Below, piece after piece: positions 37,301 through 46,907 of a DNA stretch of 64,000 bases (position 1 is its first letter; the number at the start of each line of letters is the position of its first letter). Where the stretch lies: assembly GCA_963977015.1 (NCBI GenBank), contig CAXBMO010000012.1, forward strand, positions 102,602 to 166,601. The letters run 5' to 3'. Position numbers and translations under genes: made by a program. This DNA is from an uncultured bacterium. Its GTDB lineage: Bacteria > Verrucomicrobiota > Verrucomicrobiia > Verrucomicrobiales > DEV007. The notes beneath the pieces are model-generated. The model searched no databases and had not been told where the DNA came from. It saw only the letters and a program-made list of their open reading frames with translations.

Positions 37301-39022
37301 CAAACCGCTGAGGAGGTTTCGCTTCCACGGAACGTTTGCGGCATCGCGCTCTGCACCTTCATCCTCCGCCAGGCGCTTCGCGGAAGTGGTGACGTGGAGG
37401 CTGAGCAGCTCGCGAACCGGTTCCTTCTCGAAATAAGAGGTGTGGATCAGCTCGTCGCCCCGCAGCTCGTCCTGGACGCTGTGGACGACGGCGGACAACT
37501 CCGAGGCGCCCCAGGCCAGTTGGGAGAGCTCGGCCCGGGTTTTGGCGAGGATTTCGGTGGAGCGGCGCCCGATCGCTTCGTTGGCCGAGTCGATCATTTC
37601 CTGGTTCACTTCTTTGGGCAGCGGTGGGTAGCGGTAGCCTTCGACCACGACGGGTCCTTCGGTTACGTCGACCAAGTCGCATCCCAGCCGATTGTGCCCC
37701 TGGGCGCCTTTGGCGACGCGGGAGAGGAGATAGCCGTCGAGCCGCGGGCTGAGAAAACGATTTACCAACGGGGCGAGGAGCATCCGGACGAAGAAGCGGT
37801 AAAACCGGATGAAGCGGTCTGATTCGAAGACTGTTTCCGTGGGAATGGTGAGCCGGGGGACGATTTGTGCTTTGGTGATTTTGGTGGTGCCGCGTAGACC
37901 GCTGATGGCTTCGTCCTGTGTGCACCAGAGCCCGAGCCAGCGGTCGCCAAACTCAAGCATGGCCTGGTTTTTGGCCCGGATTTCGCGATAGACGTTCCGG
38001 GCCTCGGTGCGGACGGCTCGGGTGAAGAGGTAAACGGCGACAAATGGCACCAAAAGAAGCAACACAGCGAAAAATAATTGTGCAATAGCCCAGAATTTAT
38101 CCAGCGGTGTCGCCGGATCGATGGTTCCCGGCTTAGTGCTGCCGAGGGCGGCTCGGGCCATTTCCCCGACCGATATTCGGAGGTTATCCAATGGGTTTGT
38201 TCCAGTCTGGAGCTTTCCAGCTGGCCCCGGTAGCTTGGTGTCCCTTGCTGATCGGGAACGGAGAATTTCGGATTCGGGATCTCGTTCGAAGGCGGATGGA
38301 GTGGAGTAGTTCGTGGATTCGGAAGGGACCCCGATGGTCTGGACCCATTTGAAGACGGGATTGCTTTCGTCGGTCCACCGCTGGAGTTGCCACCAACCGA
38401 TGAGAACGCTGACGAGGAGGCTGACGATGAGCGCCAGGATGGTGGCGGATTTGCCATACCAACTCCCGATTTTTGCGCCTTCGAAGTGGAGGAAAGGCGT
38501 GCCAACCGTGGACCAGGATTTGAGGTGCTTCAGCTTGAGCTGATCCGCGTTTTTGGCCGATTTCCAGCGGCGAAGAACGGATTGTTGCAAGGCATGCCAT
38601 ATGGCGGACCCGCCGTGGCTATGGCCGATGAGGTGGTATTCCCGCCCTTCCTTTTCCAGTTCGATGAGCCGGTCAAGGAGGTCGATGCCAGCCTTGTAGC
38701 GCTCGCGTTCGGTGTTCTCGCTGGACCACTTGAAAGTGCGGAGATGCGGCTTTATCTGGCCATTTTCGTCGAGAGCGTCAGGTTCGTTGGCGAACGCTTT
38801 CTCGTCCCCACCCATGACGTAGCCTTCGGGCTCCAGCCTTTGTTTGAGATCACTCCAAACCGGACTCTTGACCTGCCACCAATCGTTTCCCTCGTCATTG
38901 GTTTCCGGAGCACGAACTCCTTGTTCCTGCCCGTTATTGTCATCCAGGTTCGAAAACGTTCCGTGGATGAGGAGGACGATCGGCTTCTTCGAGTTCGGGA
39001 TTGGTTCCTGTTGCGCTGCCAC
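34340..39022 (-). CDS. Multidomain protein: alpha/beta-hydrolase (lipase-like), polytopic membrane region, divergent WD40 region, and 7-blade near-identical WD40 propeller
   Basis: GTG start. VLLIHGTFSN and nucleophile elbow LIGHSHGG are present. About 10 or more hydrophobic helices lie between aa ~190 and ~950. No P-loop was seen. The C-terminal repeats are GHSxxVxSVAWSPDGTRLASASDDxTIRLWDAASGAAIGEPLT. Confidence 0.8.
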   Translation of the reverse strand: MAAQQEPIPNSKKPIVLLIHGTFSNLDDNNGQEQGVRAPETNDEGNDWWQVKSPVWSDLKQRLEPEGYVMGGDEKAFANEPDALDENGQIKPHLRTFKWSSENTERERYKAGIDLLDRLIELEKEGREYHLIGHSHGGSAIWHALQQSVLRRWKSAKNADQLKLKHLKSWSTVGTPFLHFEGAKIGSWYGKSATILALIVSLLVSVLIGWWQLQRWTDESNPVFKWVQTIGVPSESTNYSTPSAFERDPESEILRSRSARDTKLPGPAGKLQTGTNPLDNLRISVGEMARAALGSTKPGTIDPATPLDKFWAIAQLFFAVLLLLVPFVAVYLFTRAVRTEARNVYREIRAKNQAMLEFGDRWLGLWCTQDEAISGLRGTTKITKAQIVPRLTIPTETVFESDRFIRFYRFFVRMLLAPLVNRFLSPRLDGYLLSRVAKGAQGHNRLGCDLVDVTEGPVVVEGYRYPPLPKEVNQEMIDSANEAIGRRSTEILAKTRAELSQLAWGASELSAVVHSVQDELRGDELIHTSYFEKEPVRELLSLHVTTSAKRLAEDEGAERDAANVPWKRNLLSGLKRAGWFITGLLFSGLAMFRVEVEENPTYVLSPALALTGLAMMLGPLRFRDPARSRKNLWGTELLGLSVIVLAGFYGFFSHQSRAIPLLEDIWAGDSPFAHPALVFAVFLSATAIFFALSLTRATEHPLGASTLGWAGLALLIGLTWASDFLLPSEDTPFFTLLFFTLLGVLFGFYKAFSPLQEAHDVLTRIQPNRTKKVEEVEFLDSSQAGASWLEDHRKNVEAQARKSSRIATLSLPKLGEGNRLAFVTPLLFSGGIGSIVWGFSGSSDLVILGGFIATLVATFLAFRPVLRASRGARRGRLARLNLDALSFAFLGGVVFLLTLFIYQEFIRIPKANVAENTAFVVPKPDGQGNSQFVAVDNGRIKLWDLESFEFLSELTAPDKTWNFVAAGPPRQAILAAVRDYQIISVFDLETPEGQLRLRQVLKSPAGELSAVAINSNATQLAGGTMNGFFVLWNIETGSQLQKFRLSRQPVRCLAFHPRLPLVAVGLENRVIQVWNTDIRKPVAISRAHRKPVKKIAFYPEDDFRARARSFAGDRPIPHYPEEDFLASLDEGGDVQFFHTPNPEKEPGGQLRERELPSFLEELNQDPTRKAVNLAFTSRSPTVFAVYAKQAKNEQAVGSLSFWTPAGDHLVQSEVYGRGDDMQFSPNGSELVIRGNFAQFLSTNSGINFRSFSLHLSGHVSSVNSVAWSPDGTRLASTSDDGTIRLWDAASGAAIGEPLTGHSFWVKSVAWSPDGTRLVSGSVDDTIRLWNAASGTAIGEPLTGHFWVMSVAWSPDGRQLASASRDNTIRLWDTASGDPIGEPLTGHSDSVMSVAWSPNGNRLVSASRDNTIRLWDAASGAAIGEPFTGHSFWVMSVAWSPDGTRFVSGSVDNTIRLWDAASGAAIGDPLTGHSDSVNSVAWSPDGTRLASASDDETIRLWDAVSGDAIGAPLTGHSNSVMSVAWSPDGTRLASASDDNTIRLWNVETSVDDDGKKETVDQ
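34391..35254 (-). repeat. Seven tandem near-identical WD40-coding units (129 bp; unit 3 is 126 bp)
   Basis: I counted the units directly in the translation. DNA strings such as gtcccagagccggatcgt and ccgtccgggctcca recur with 129-nt spacing. Confidence 0.85.
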
Positions 39023-39223
39023 GAAAGCATCCCAATCGAATCAACCGGCCCTTGCAAGTGTAAAAGATGGTTCGGGGAGAGTCAAGGGACTCCTTGGAAT
39101 CTAGTAGCACGAGAGGAATATGGGTAGCGAAGGATTGGCATCAATTTCATTCAGACCCTTCAGCCATGGTAGTCCACTGAGCCTGTCACTTGCAGAGCTC
39201 TGTGCGTCCATCTACGGTCGTTC

Positions 39224-41704
39224 ATGCATGCTGTGAAATCCCTTTCCCTGTCGATCTTCCTCATTGCGTTTTCCCTTTCGGCGTCCGCTCAGGAAGACCT
39301 GGCGAAACGGATGGAGGATGCGATCGCGCTGATGCGTTCCAGCGGTCAGGCCCAACCGCAAATTCTGGTGCCGATGCTGACTTCGTGCGCGGAGGGTTAC
39401 ATCCAGAAGAAGGAATTCAAGACGGCGCTGGCGCGAGTCGAGGAGGCGTTGGGGCTCGCGCTCAAACACGATATCGATCCGACATCGACGTTCTTCACGG
39501 CATCCAAGATTCTCAATACCGTCGATGATGAGCTTGCGACGCAGTTCCTCCAGAAGCAACTCGAAGCCCCGAACGCATCGAACCAATATAAGAAGGGTGT
39601 GCTGAAGGCGCTGGACCTGCATTTGGCGATCAACGGGGATCAAAAGCTGGCGATCCAGGCCGGCTACCAGTTGTGGCGCATCACCGCGGAGGAGAATCCG
39701 GGTAGCGAGGAAGAATTCTGGGCCAGGTTCAAATTTGGGAACCATTGTCTGACGGGAAAGCTTTTTGATGTGGCGATGCCGACGTTGAAGGAGGTGCGAA
39801 CGATGGCGCTGGAGATGAAGCGGCCGGATCTGGCGGCGCACTGTTCTCGCGCCTTTGGTTTTGCGCTCGCGGCGGAAGGCGAATACGAACAGGCGCTGGA
39901 TTTATTTCAGGAGGTTGTGACGTTCACCCAGGGTTCTCAGAATGAGCAGGCGATGATGGGCTTCGAGTTGGGAAACGTCGCCACGGTCCAGCTTCAGCTC
40001 AATCAGCTCGATGCGGCCGAAGAAACGATCAAGAAGATCCAGTCGCTGGCCCGGAATGAGATCGAAGAAGGCATCTCTGCTTCCATGGTGGCGGCGCTGG
40101 AACTGAAACGCGCATTGGCGCAGGCGGGGAGAAGGGGGCCCGATCTCAAGGCCGCGATCGCAGCTCAGGAGAAAGCGGTAGCCGCGAAACTCAAGAACAA
40201 CGCTGCGGGCGAAGCCTTCGCGCTGCTTGGCGCCACCCAGGATCATGTGGCGCTGGCGGCGATGCGGCTCTTGGCGAACGACCTGGACGGAGCGGAAGCC
40301 GCTCTCAAGATGGCTGCGAAAGGGGCCGACGCGTGGGAAGAAAATTCGCGCGATGCGCAAAAGGCCGCTGTTTTCAGCGCGGACCGGGTCAACCTGTCGA
40401 TGGGGGATCTCCGCGCCGCGATCTATGAGTTTCAGCAGCAGATCGAGATTCGCCGCAAGGATGTGGTGCAGGCGTTGGTGACCGCGGAGAACGGTCGTGG
40501 AGCTGCCCAGGCGGAATTGCTCAAGGAGAAGCTGGGGCTCGCGCCGTCTGAGCGCGTCGTCAAGCAATACACGACGAAGGACATCGGTCAGGTTGCCAAA
40601 GATCACCGCACCACGCTTGTGGTTTATTCGTTGGCCCACGTTCTGGCGCCCGACACCCGGCGCTTCTTCACTCCGCAAGACCGGGTTCAACATCCGCAGA
40701 ATTTGCTGACTTGGATCATTCAACCGGACGGAAAGCTGACGTTTCATTCGACCGAATTAACCGGTCCGATCTCCACGCTTGTCGAATTGGCTCGGGCCCA
40801 AATCACCGCGCCAGACGACAAGAAACCGGAGGGCGATCCCTTGCGCGATCTCGCCAAACTGCTCATCGATCCCATCCGAAAGCAGTTGCCCAAGCAAGAA
40901 AACTCCCTCGTGACCTTCATTCCGCAGGGCGAACTGTTCCTTGTGCCGTTCGCTGCGTTGCCCGACAAGAATGGCGAATCACTCATCGACCGCTATGTGA
41001 TTGGCATGTCGCCTTCGATCGAGCTGCTCAACCTCGCCGCGATCCAGAAACAGGCCGTTGCCAAAGTCGGGAATCAGGAGATTCTCATCGTCGGCAATCC
41101 CAAAATGCCGGGCTACAAGAGTCGTCCGGATCGCGAGGCTCACGAGCTCAGCCCTTTGCCGGGCGCGGAGCGCGAAGCCAAATTTCTAGCCAACGGGTTG
41201 GGTGTCGAGCCGCTCATTGGCGATGCTGCCACTGAAGTCGCGGTTGCCGCCCGCATGGGATCGGCGCGCTTTCTCCATTTCGCCACTCACGGGCTGCTCG
41301 AAGCTGGTAACGCCTACAATCAGCCCTTTCTCTCCGCGCTCGCCTTCGCCGCTGGTGAGGGTGAAGACGGTTTCCTCACGGTCAAAGAAACTTCGCGCAT
41401 GAAACTCCACGCGGAACTCGCCGTTCTCAGCGCCTGCGACACCGGTCGGGGCCGAATCAGCGGCGACGGGGTGATTGGCCTTTCACGCGGCTACATTACC
41501 GCCGGTGTTCCCTCGGTGGTTGTTTCCCTCTGGCCAGTCAACGACCAGGCGACTGCCATTCTCATGGCCAACTACTACAAATCGATGATGGCCGACAATC
41601 TTCCCAAAGCCGCTGCCCTTCGCCAAGCCATCCTCCAAGTGAAAGAGCAGTATCCGGACCCCAAGCTTTGGGCTCCGTTCGTTCACTACGGGTTGGCGTA
41701 TTAG
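39224..41704 (+). CDS. TPR-repeat / CHAT-domain (caspase-like) protease with signal peptide
   Basis: Signal peptide SLSIFLIAFSLSASA and a TPR-like helical N-half. The C-terminal CHAT domain has the His/Cys dyad context FLHFATHG and AVLSACDTGRG. Confidence 0.8.
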   Translation: MHAVKSLSLSIFLIAFSLSASAQEDLAKRMEDAIALMRSSGQAQPQILVPMLTSCAEGYIQKKEFKTALARVEEALGLALKHDIDPTSTFFTASKILNTVDDELATQFLQKQLEAPNASNQYKKGVLKALDLHLAINGDQKLAIQAGYQLWRITAEENPGSEEEFWARFKFGNHCLTGKLFDVAMPTLKEVRTMALEMKRPDLAAHCSRAFGFALAAEGEYEQALDLFQEVVTFTQGSQNEQAMMGFELGNVATVQLQLNQLDAAEETIKKIQSLARNEIEEGISASMVAALELKRALAQAGRRGPDLKAAIAAQEKAVAAKLKNNAAGEAFALLGATQDHVALAAMRLLANDLDGAEAALKMAAKGADAWEENSRDAQKAAVFSADRVNLSMGDLRAAIYEFQQQIEIRRKDVVQALVTAENGRGAAQAELLKEKLGLAPSERVVKQYTTKDIGQVAKDHRTTLVVYSLAHVLAPDTRRFFTPQDRVQHPQNLLTWIIQPDGKLTFHSTELTGPISTLVELARAQITAPDDKKPEGDPLRDLAKLLIDPIRKQLPKQENSLVTFIPQGELFLVPFAALPDKNGESLIDRYVIGMSPSIELLNLAAIQKQAVAKVGNQEILIVGNPKMPGYKSRPDREAHELSPLPGAEREAKFLANGLGVEPLIGDAATEVAVAARMGSARFLHFATHGLLEAGNAYNQPFLSALAFAAGEGEDGFLTVKETSRMKLHAELAVLSACDTGRGRISGDGVIGLSRGYITAGVPSVVVSLWPVNDQATAILMANYYKSMMADNLPKAAALRQAILQVKEQYPDPKLWAPFVHYGLAY

Positions 41705-41710
41705 CCTCAA

Positions 41711-42055
41711 TCAGTCCTTCACAATCTTCCCACCAATTCCGAGCACCGTCGCATTCTGCTTCGCGGCTTCGGCTTCCGCGATTTGGCCGTCCTGCACGTA
41801 CATCTGGGAAAGCGCGGTCCACGCCAACTGATCGTTGGGGCAGAGGGTCGTTGCCTGGAGGGCGGCGCCGATTGCGGGCTTGATCTGGTCGGCCTTCATC
41901 AAGGCCATGCCGAGGGCGTGCCAGCCGTCGAAAAACTCGGGATCAAGCTCGACGCATTTCCGATACTTCTCGATCGCGGCTTCGAGATCGCCGACCGCGA
42001 GATCACCGTTCGCATCGTCGAACAGATCGTCACGCTCTGAGGTATCGTTGCTCAT
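41711..42055 (-). CDS. Small TPR-repeat protein
   Basis: GDLEAAIEKYRKCVELDPEFFDGWHALGMALMKADQ and further TPR-like helices. Confidence 0.6.
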   Translation of the reverse strand: MSNDTSERDDLFDDANGDLAVGDLEAAIEKYRKCVELDPEFFDGWHALGMALMKADQIKPAIGAALQATTLCPNDQLAWTALSQMYVQDGQIAEAEAAKQNATVLGIGGKIVKD

Positions 42056-42060
42056 GAACT

Positions 42061-43650
42061 TCAGCCTCGGGCGAACTCTTCCAAGCTCATCGCTTCAAGC
42101 TCGCCGTCTGGTCCCTTCATCATGGGAGGGGTTGGGTTTGCGGCCTCAACCCGCGCCTGGAACCAAGCGCGGAAGGCCTGCTCCGAGGAAAAGGCGTCCA
42201 TGCTGTCGGCGATGCGCTGACGATCTTCCGGCTCGGTTTCGCGCGCTGGCAGGCTCCGGTCGGCGAGGTAGGCGAGCAACACTCCGTCGACCAGTGATTC
42301 CGGCTCGGAAAGCTCACCCGCTTCGAGATCGAAGGCGACGCGCGCCAGGGTCGAGGCAAAATCCGTGCCTTCCGGCGATTCGGTCCGGCTGAACGGCTTG
42401 GGGCTGACCACTTCGTAACCGGCGGCCTTGGCTGCGGTTGGGAAATCGGTGCCTTCCTTGAGGTTTGCGAGAATTTTTTTACGCGCTTCCGCCGCTGCAT
42501 TGTCGAGGCGGGAGTTGATTTCCTGCTCGGTCAGCGTTTGAACGATTTCGTCCTTCGCGTCTTCGAGCGTCTTCTGCGCGCGATCGACAACATCGACGAT
42601 CCAGAACATGTAGATCGCCTTTTCTTCGTCAGCCGCCAACAACTTGTCGGCTCCGTCGGCTTCGGGATCCGCGGAAAACGCAGCCCGAACCAACTCCGGA
42701 TGTTCGATCAACTCTTCCGGAGGATCAAGCTGGGCAAAGGCCGCGACCGTCTTCACCTTGTCGCCCTGGGTTGCGACCGCCTCTTCAAAGGTCTTTCCTT
42801 CATCGTCCATTTCCGCGACCAACATCTTGTAGGTCTCGTTGAACTCCTTGGCTTTCTCGTTGCGGCGCGCCTCAAACTCTTCGTCGGTTTCCTCTTCCTT
42901 CTTCTCTTCCTTGGCGAACTTGATGTAGGCGATCGAGCGCTTGGGATCGGAGAACAGGCTGTCCCGATTCTCGTCGTAGTAGGCCTGGATCGCTTCATCG
43001 GTGATTTCGATTCCGTCGGTGTAATCGTCCCGCTTCAGAACGACCTGATGAGCGGTGAACGTCTCGTATTGAGCCTCGTAAATCTGATCGATCTCCCACT
43101 TCGTCGGGCGATGACCAGAGGCGACCAGCTCGCGCAACTTGTTGTATTTGATGGAATCACCAACAATGGCGTAGAGATCCGATTCGGTCTTGGAATAGCG
43201 GCCCAGCTCGTTGGTGAGGTAATTCTGGTAGAATGTGGGGTCGAACTGATTGGTGGCCGGGTTCTGGAATTTGGGCAGTGACCGAATCACGTCCTGAATT
43301 TCCTTGGCCGAGGGTTCGATGCCCAATCGCTTGGCCTCGTTGCGAAGAACGATCAAGTTGGCCACAAACTGGGTGCGATCGGACGTATTGCCCGAAAGCG
43401 CTGCGGCAAATTCACCGAGCGGACTGGGCTGATACATGGAGGCGCCCATGCCGAGGTCGTAACGGGCAATGTTGAAATTGGTCGCGATGCGGAGCGCATC
43501 GGGGATGCGGTAGGTGACGCCATCGACGGTCATCTTTGCGGCGCTCGTTGCCGGCTCATAACGGTTGTAGAGCCAGGCGAAGGCAACACAGATGATTGCC
43601 GTAACGATGACAAGAACGACTTTTTGGACTTTGCGGATGGACGTGAGCAT
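42061..43650 (-). CDS. PpiD-like periplasmic chaperone (SurA N-terminal domain protein)
   Basis: N-terminal anchor VVLVIVTAIICVAFAWL. ITDEAIQAYYDENRDSLFSDPKRSIAYIKF parallels E. coli PpiD (EIASYYEQNKNNF...RVSYIKL). No clear parvulin domain is present. Confidence 0.6.
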   Translation of the reverse strand: MLTSIRKVQKVVLVIVTAIICVAFAWLYNRYEPATSAAKMTVDGVTYRIPDALRIATNFNIARYDLGMGASMYQPSPLGEFAAALSGNTSDRTQFVANLIVLRNEAKRLGIEPSAKEIQDVIRSLPKFQNPATNQFDPTFYQNYLTNELGRYSKTESDLYAIVGDSIKYNKLRELVASGHRPTKWEIDQIYEAQYETFTAHQVVLKRDDYTDGIEITDEAIQAYYDENRDSLFSDPKRSIAYIKFAKEEKKEEETDEEFEARRNEKAKEFNETYKMLVAEMDDEGKTFEEAVATQGDKVKTVAAFAQLDPPEELIEHPELVRAAFSADPEADGADKLLAADEEKAIYMFWIVDVVDRAQKTLEDAKDEIVQTLTEQEINSRLDNAAAEARKKILANLKEGTDFPTAAKAAGYEVVSPKPFSRTESPEGTDFASTLARVAFDLEAGELSEPESLVDGVLLAYLADRSLPARETEPEDRQRIADSMDAFSSEQAFRAWFQARVEAANPTPPMMKGPDGELEAMSLEEFARG

Positions 43651-43740
43651 GTTCGCGAATGCGGGGTAAGGGCTGAGCCGTTTACTGACGGAAGAAAACG
43701 ACGGAACTCAACCGGAAATTGGTGTTGTTCTGGCGAAATC

Positions 43741-43757
43741 GCCCCCTCGTAGGGGGC
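43741..43757 (-). terminator. GC-rich hairpin just downstream of the sulfatase stop
   Basis: gccccct-cgt-agggggc, a 7-bp stem located 4 nt after the stop at 43762. The following U-tract is poor. Confidence 0.3.
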
Positions 43758-43761
43758 TGGA

Positions 43762-45213
43762 CTAGGCCTTGGGCTTCTTTGGGCTCCGCTTCCCGACTAC
43801 TGTGGCGCGTTTGGGATCAAAGTTGGGGTTTTCGGTCGGCATTTGGGCAGCGACGTCGATTCGCCACTGCTTGAGTTTCTGGTGAAGCTCGCTCGCGACT
43901 TCGGGGCGTTGCGCCGCGAGATTGGTGGATTCGCCGGGATCGGTGGCCAGATCGTAGAGCTCCAGATCGCCGGTTTCGTGAAACTCAACGAGGCGATAGT
44001 TCTTCGAGCGAACCGTGCTGTAAGGACTGTCGCCACCGGCGTGGTAATGCGGAAAATGCCAATAGAGCTCGCGATTGAACTTCGTATCCGGCTTGCGGAA
44101 GAGGGGCGTGAGACTGACGCCGTCGATGGACGCATTGTGGTTGGCGTCTCCCTCAATCCCGGCGATTTCGAGCAGGGTGGGGTAGAAGTCGATCCCCATG
44201 ACGGGTTCGTCGCAAACGCTGCCGGCTGGTGTGACGCCCGGCCACTTGACGATGAGTGGCACCCGGACGCCGCCTTCGTAAGCCGAGCCTTTTCCGCGCC
44301 GGAGCGGCAGGTTCTCGGTGAAGTTGTCGTGAACGCCATAGCGTTGGGTGAGACCGCCGTTGTCCGAGGTGAAGATGACGATGGTTTCGTCGGCGATTCC
44401 TTGTGCTTCCAACGCGTCGAGAACGCGGCCCACCGCCAGATCCATGCTCTTGACCATCGCGGCGTAAACCGGATTGCGATGCACCGCGTCGGGATCGACT
44501 TTCCTCTCGAAGTCGGCGACGAGGTCGTCCCGGCCCTGGATCGGTGTGTGGGGAACGTGAAACGCGAAGTAGAGGAAGAACGGATCGTCGCTCGGCTTCG
44601 AGATCTGCTCGACGGCGAGATCCGCGAGGTGATCGGTCAGGTAATTCGTTTTCTTGCCGAGCTTCTTCACCACATCCTCGGCAAGGTAGTAACCCTTGGT
44701 CCTGGGAGGTTTGTCTTCGCTGGAATCAAAGCCGTGCCGCGTGGGATCGGCAGGTTTCCCAGGATAATTGAGGTGCCATTTGCCGACGTGAAGCGTGCGA
44801 TAGCCGCCTTGCTTCAGCGCCTCGGCCACGGTGGTGAGATTCGGATCGAGCCCCTTGTTCCAATCAGGGATGTTCATCCGGGCGAACGGTCGATCCTGAC
44901 CCGGAATGAAGCTGGTGAGGTGAAGTCTGGCCGGATACATCCCGGTCATGAGAGCGGCCCGAGAAGGAGAGCAAACGGTGCAGGCGGCATACGCATCGGT
45001 GAACTTCATGCCGTCTTCGGCGAGCCGATCGAGGTTCGGGGTTTCGTAAAAATCGCTACCGAAACAGCGTAAGCCGGTCCAGCCGAGGTCATCGGCGAGA
45101 AAGAGCACGACGTTCGGGCGATCGCCGGCCGTCGCGGTAACGATGGGCAGGGTTGCCAGCGCCCAGACTGCGACCGCCAGGGCGAAAAGGGGTTGGGGTT
45201 TCATGGTTCCCAT
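43762..45213 (-). CDS. Sulfatase (S1, formylglycine-dependent)
   Basis: Signal peptide, DRPNVVLFLADDLGW, FGly motif CSPSR (CTVCSPSRAALMTG). The remainder of the 1155-aa ORF (45214-47229) is antisense to the next sulfatase and is rejected. Confidence 0.85.
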   Translation of the reverse strand: MGTMKPQPLFALAVAVWALATLPIVTATAGDRPNVVLFLADDLGWTGLRCFGSDFYETPNLDRLAEDGMKFTDAYAACTVCSPSRAALMTGMYPARLHLTSFIPGQDRPFARMNIPDWNKGLDPNLTTVAEALKQGGYRTLHVGKWHLNYPGKPADPTRHGFDSSEDKPPRTKGYYLAEDVVKKLGKKTNYLTDHLADLAVEQISKPSDDPFFLYFAFHVPHTPIQGRDDLVADFERKVDPDAVHRNPVYAAMVKSMDLAVGRVLDALEAQGIADETIVIFTSDNGGLTQRYGVHDNFTENLPLRRGKGSAYEGGVRVPLIVKWPGVTPAGSVCDEPVMGIDFYPTLLEIAGIEGDANHNASIDGVSLTPLFRKPDTKFNRELYWHFPHYHAGGDSPYSTVRSKNYRLVEFHETGDLELYDLATDPGESTNLAAQRPEVASELHQKLKQWRIDVAAQMPTENPNFDPKRATVVGKRSPKKPKA

Positions 45214-45330
45214 GGTTGGGGCAGCCGAAAGATTGGGCAAGTGTTTTGCGCCGGCGGGAACGGGCGCGACCGCAAGAAAGTGCAAAAAGAGTTGGCCAGA
45301 GCGGCCGCATTCTGGCGTAACAAGGGGACC

Positions 45331-46878
45331 ATGTTCAAAAACCTCCCAAACGCCGTGGTCCTCCTCGGTTGTCTGTCTGCGATTCTGGCTCAGGCAACGC
45401 TCGGAGCGCAGGACCGCCCCAACGTCATCCTCATTTTTGCCGACGATTTGGGATCGGGGATGCTGGGAAGCCAGGGGCAGAAAATCGTTACGACCCCTCA
45501 CCTCGACCAACTCGCGGCCGAAGGGATTACCTTCACCAACTACTACGGCGGCGTGTTTTGCGCGCCCTCGCGCTGGACCTTGCACACCGGGATGCACGAT
45601 GGTCGAATCGGCGGTTGGAGCCACAACCAATCCGGTCTGCTGATCCGCAATGACAAGGCAGGCGTGTCCGCTGAAGAATCCCTGAAGCTGCTCAACGAGT
45701 TCGTTCCCAAATCTTCCGCGCCAATTCCGGACCATGAGGTTTTTCTGGCTCAGGTGGCTCGGAACGCCGGCTACCGCACCGCTCAATTCGGAAAGCTCGA
45801 CGTCGGGTTTCTCACCAATCACGACCGAATCAAACGGTTCGGTTGGGATCACTACGAGGGCTACTACAGCCACTCGCGTTGTCACGGATTCTACCCACCT
45901 TACCTGTGGCGCAACGGAGAGAAATTTTTCCTCGAAGGCAACACCCGGCCCGACTGCGGAAAAATGTCGGAAAAGGGCGACGAACCGGTCGGCGAAGGCG
46001 GCCAAACCTACTCGCAAAACGTCTTCATCGCGGGAATCCTGGACTACCTTCGCGAGAACAAGGACGAGCCCTTTTTTCTCGCGCACCCGACCCAGTTGCC
46101 ACACGGGCCGGTCGCCATTCCTGAACTGCATCCCGACTTTGCCGAGGATCCGGGTTTGTCCCTCGCCGAGAAAAAATACGCCTCCATGGTCAAAATGCTG
46201 GATGACCACGTGGGTTTGATCATGAACGAGTTGAAAACCCTGGGGATCGATGACCAGACCCTCGTCGTGTTCACTTCCGACAACGGGCACGAACTCTACT
46301 ACGGCCCCAAGGGAACCTTCGCAAAACGCTTCCCGGACGGCACCCCCGCCAATCTCACCGACAAGAAATGGCGCACCTCGGAATGCGGCGACGTTTTTGA
46401 TGGGGCGGGAGGAAGAGCCGGGCTCAAGCGCTCCGGTTATCAGGGCGGGATGCAGTGTCCGCTGATTGCGCGTTGGCCGGGCAAGATTGCGCCGGGCGGG
46501 AAGACCGATCATCTCAGCGCCCACTACGACTTCATGGCGACGCTTGCCGAGGTGGTTGGTGGCGAAATTCCTTCCGGCAAAGACAGCATCTCCTACCTGC
46601 CGGTCTTGTTGGGCAAGGAACAGGCGGAGGTGCATGATCACGTCGTCGTGAACAACAACTTCTCGAGAATGGGACGCAGCGCATTGATCACGAACGAGGG
46701 TTGGAAGTTGATCGAGATTGATCGCGGGAAAAATCACTATCAATTGTACAACCTCCGTGAAGACAATGAGGAACGGTTCGATCTTGCATCCACCCATCCC
46801 GAACGGGTTGCGAGTTTGAAGAAGGTGCTTCTCGGTGAACTGGGCTCGCCTCGGCCTGACTTGGATGTGAGTCGCTGA
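45331..46878 (+). CDS. Sulfatase (S1)
   Basis: ATG 45331, signal peptide, DRPNVILIFADDLGSG, FGly motif CAPSR. Confidence 0.85.
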   Translation: MFKNLPNAVVLLGCLSAILAQATLGAQDRPNVILIFADDLGSGMLGSQGQKIVTTPHLDQLAAEGITFTNYYGGVFCAPSRWTLHTGMHDGRIGGWSHNQSGLLIRNDKAGVSAEESLKLLNEFVPKSSAPIPDHEVFLAQVARNAGYRTAQFGKLDVGFLTNHDRIKRFGWDHYEGYYSHSRCHGFYPPYLWRNGEKFFLEGNTRPDCGKMSEKGDEPVGEGGQTYSQNVFIAGILDYLRENKDEPFFLAHPTQLPHGPVAIPELHPDFAEDPGLSLAEKKYASMVKMLDDHVGLIMNELKTLGIDDQTLVVFTSDNGHELYYGPKGTFAKRFPDGTPANLTDKKWRTSECGDVFDGAGGRAGLKRSGYQGGMQCPLIARWPGKIAPGGKTDHLSAHYDFMATLAEVVGGEIPSGKDSISYLPVLLGKEQAEVHDHVVVNNNFSRMGRSALITNEGWKLIEIDRGKNHYQLYNLREDNEERFDLASTHPERVASLKKVLLGELGSPRPDLDVSR

Positions 46879-46907
46879 GCCGTCGAATCGGTTGCCGCGA
46901 TCCACCT

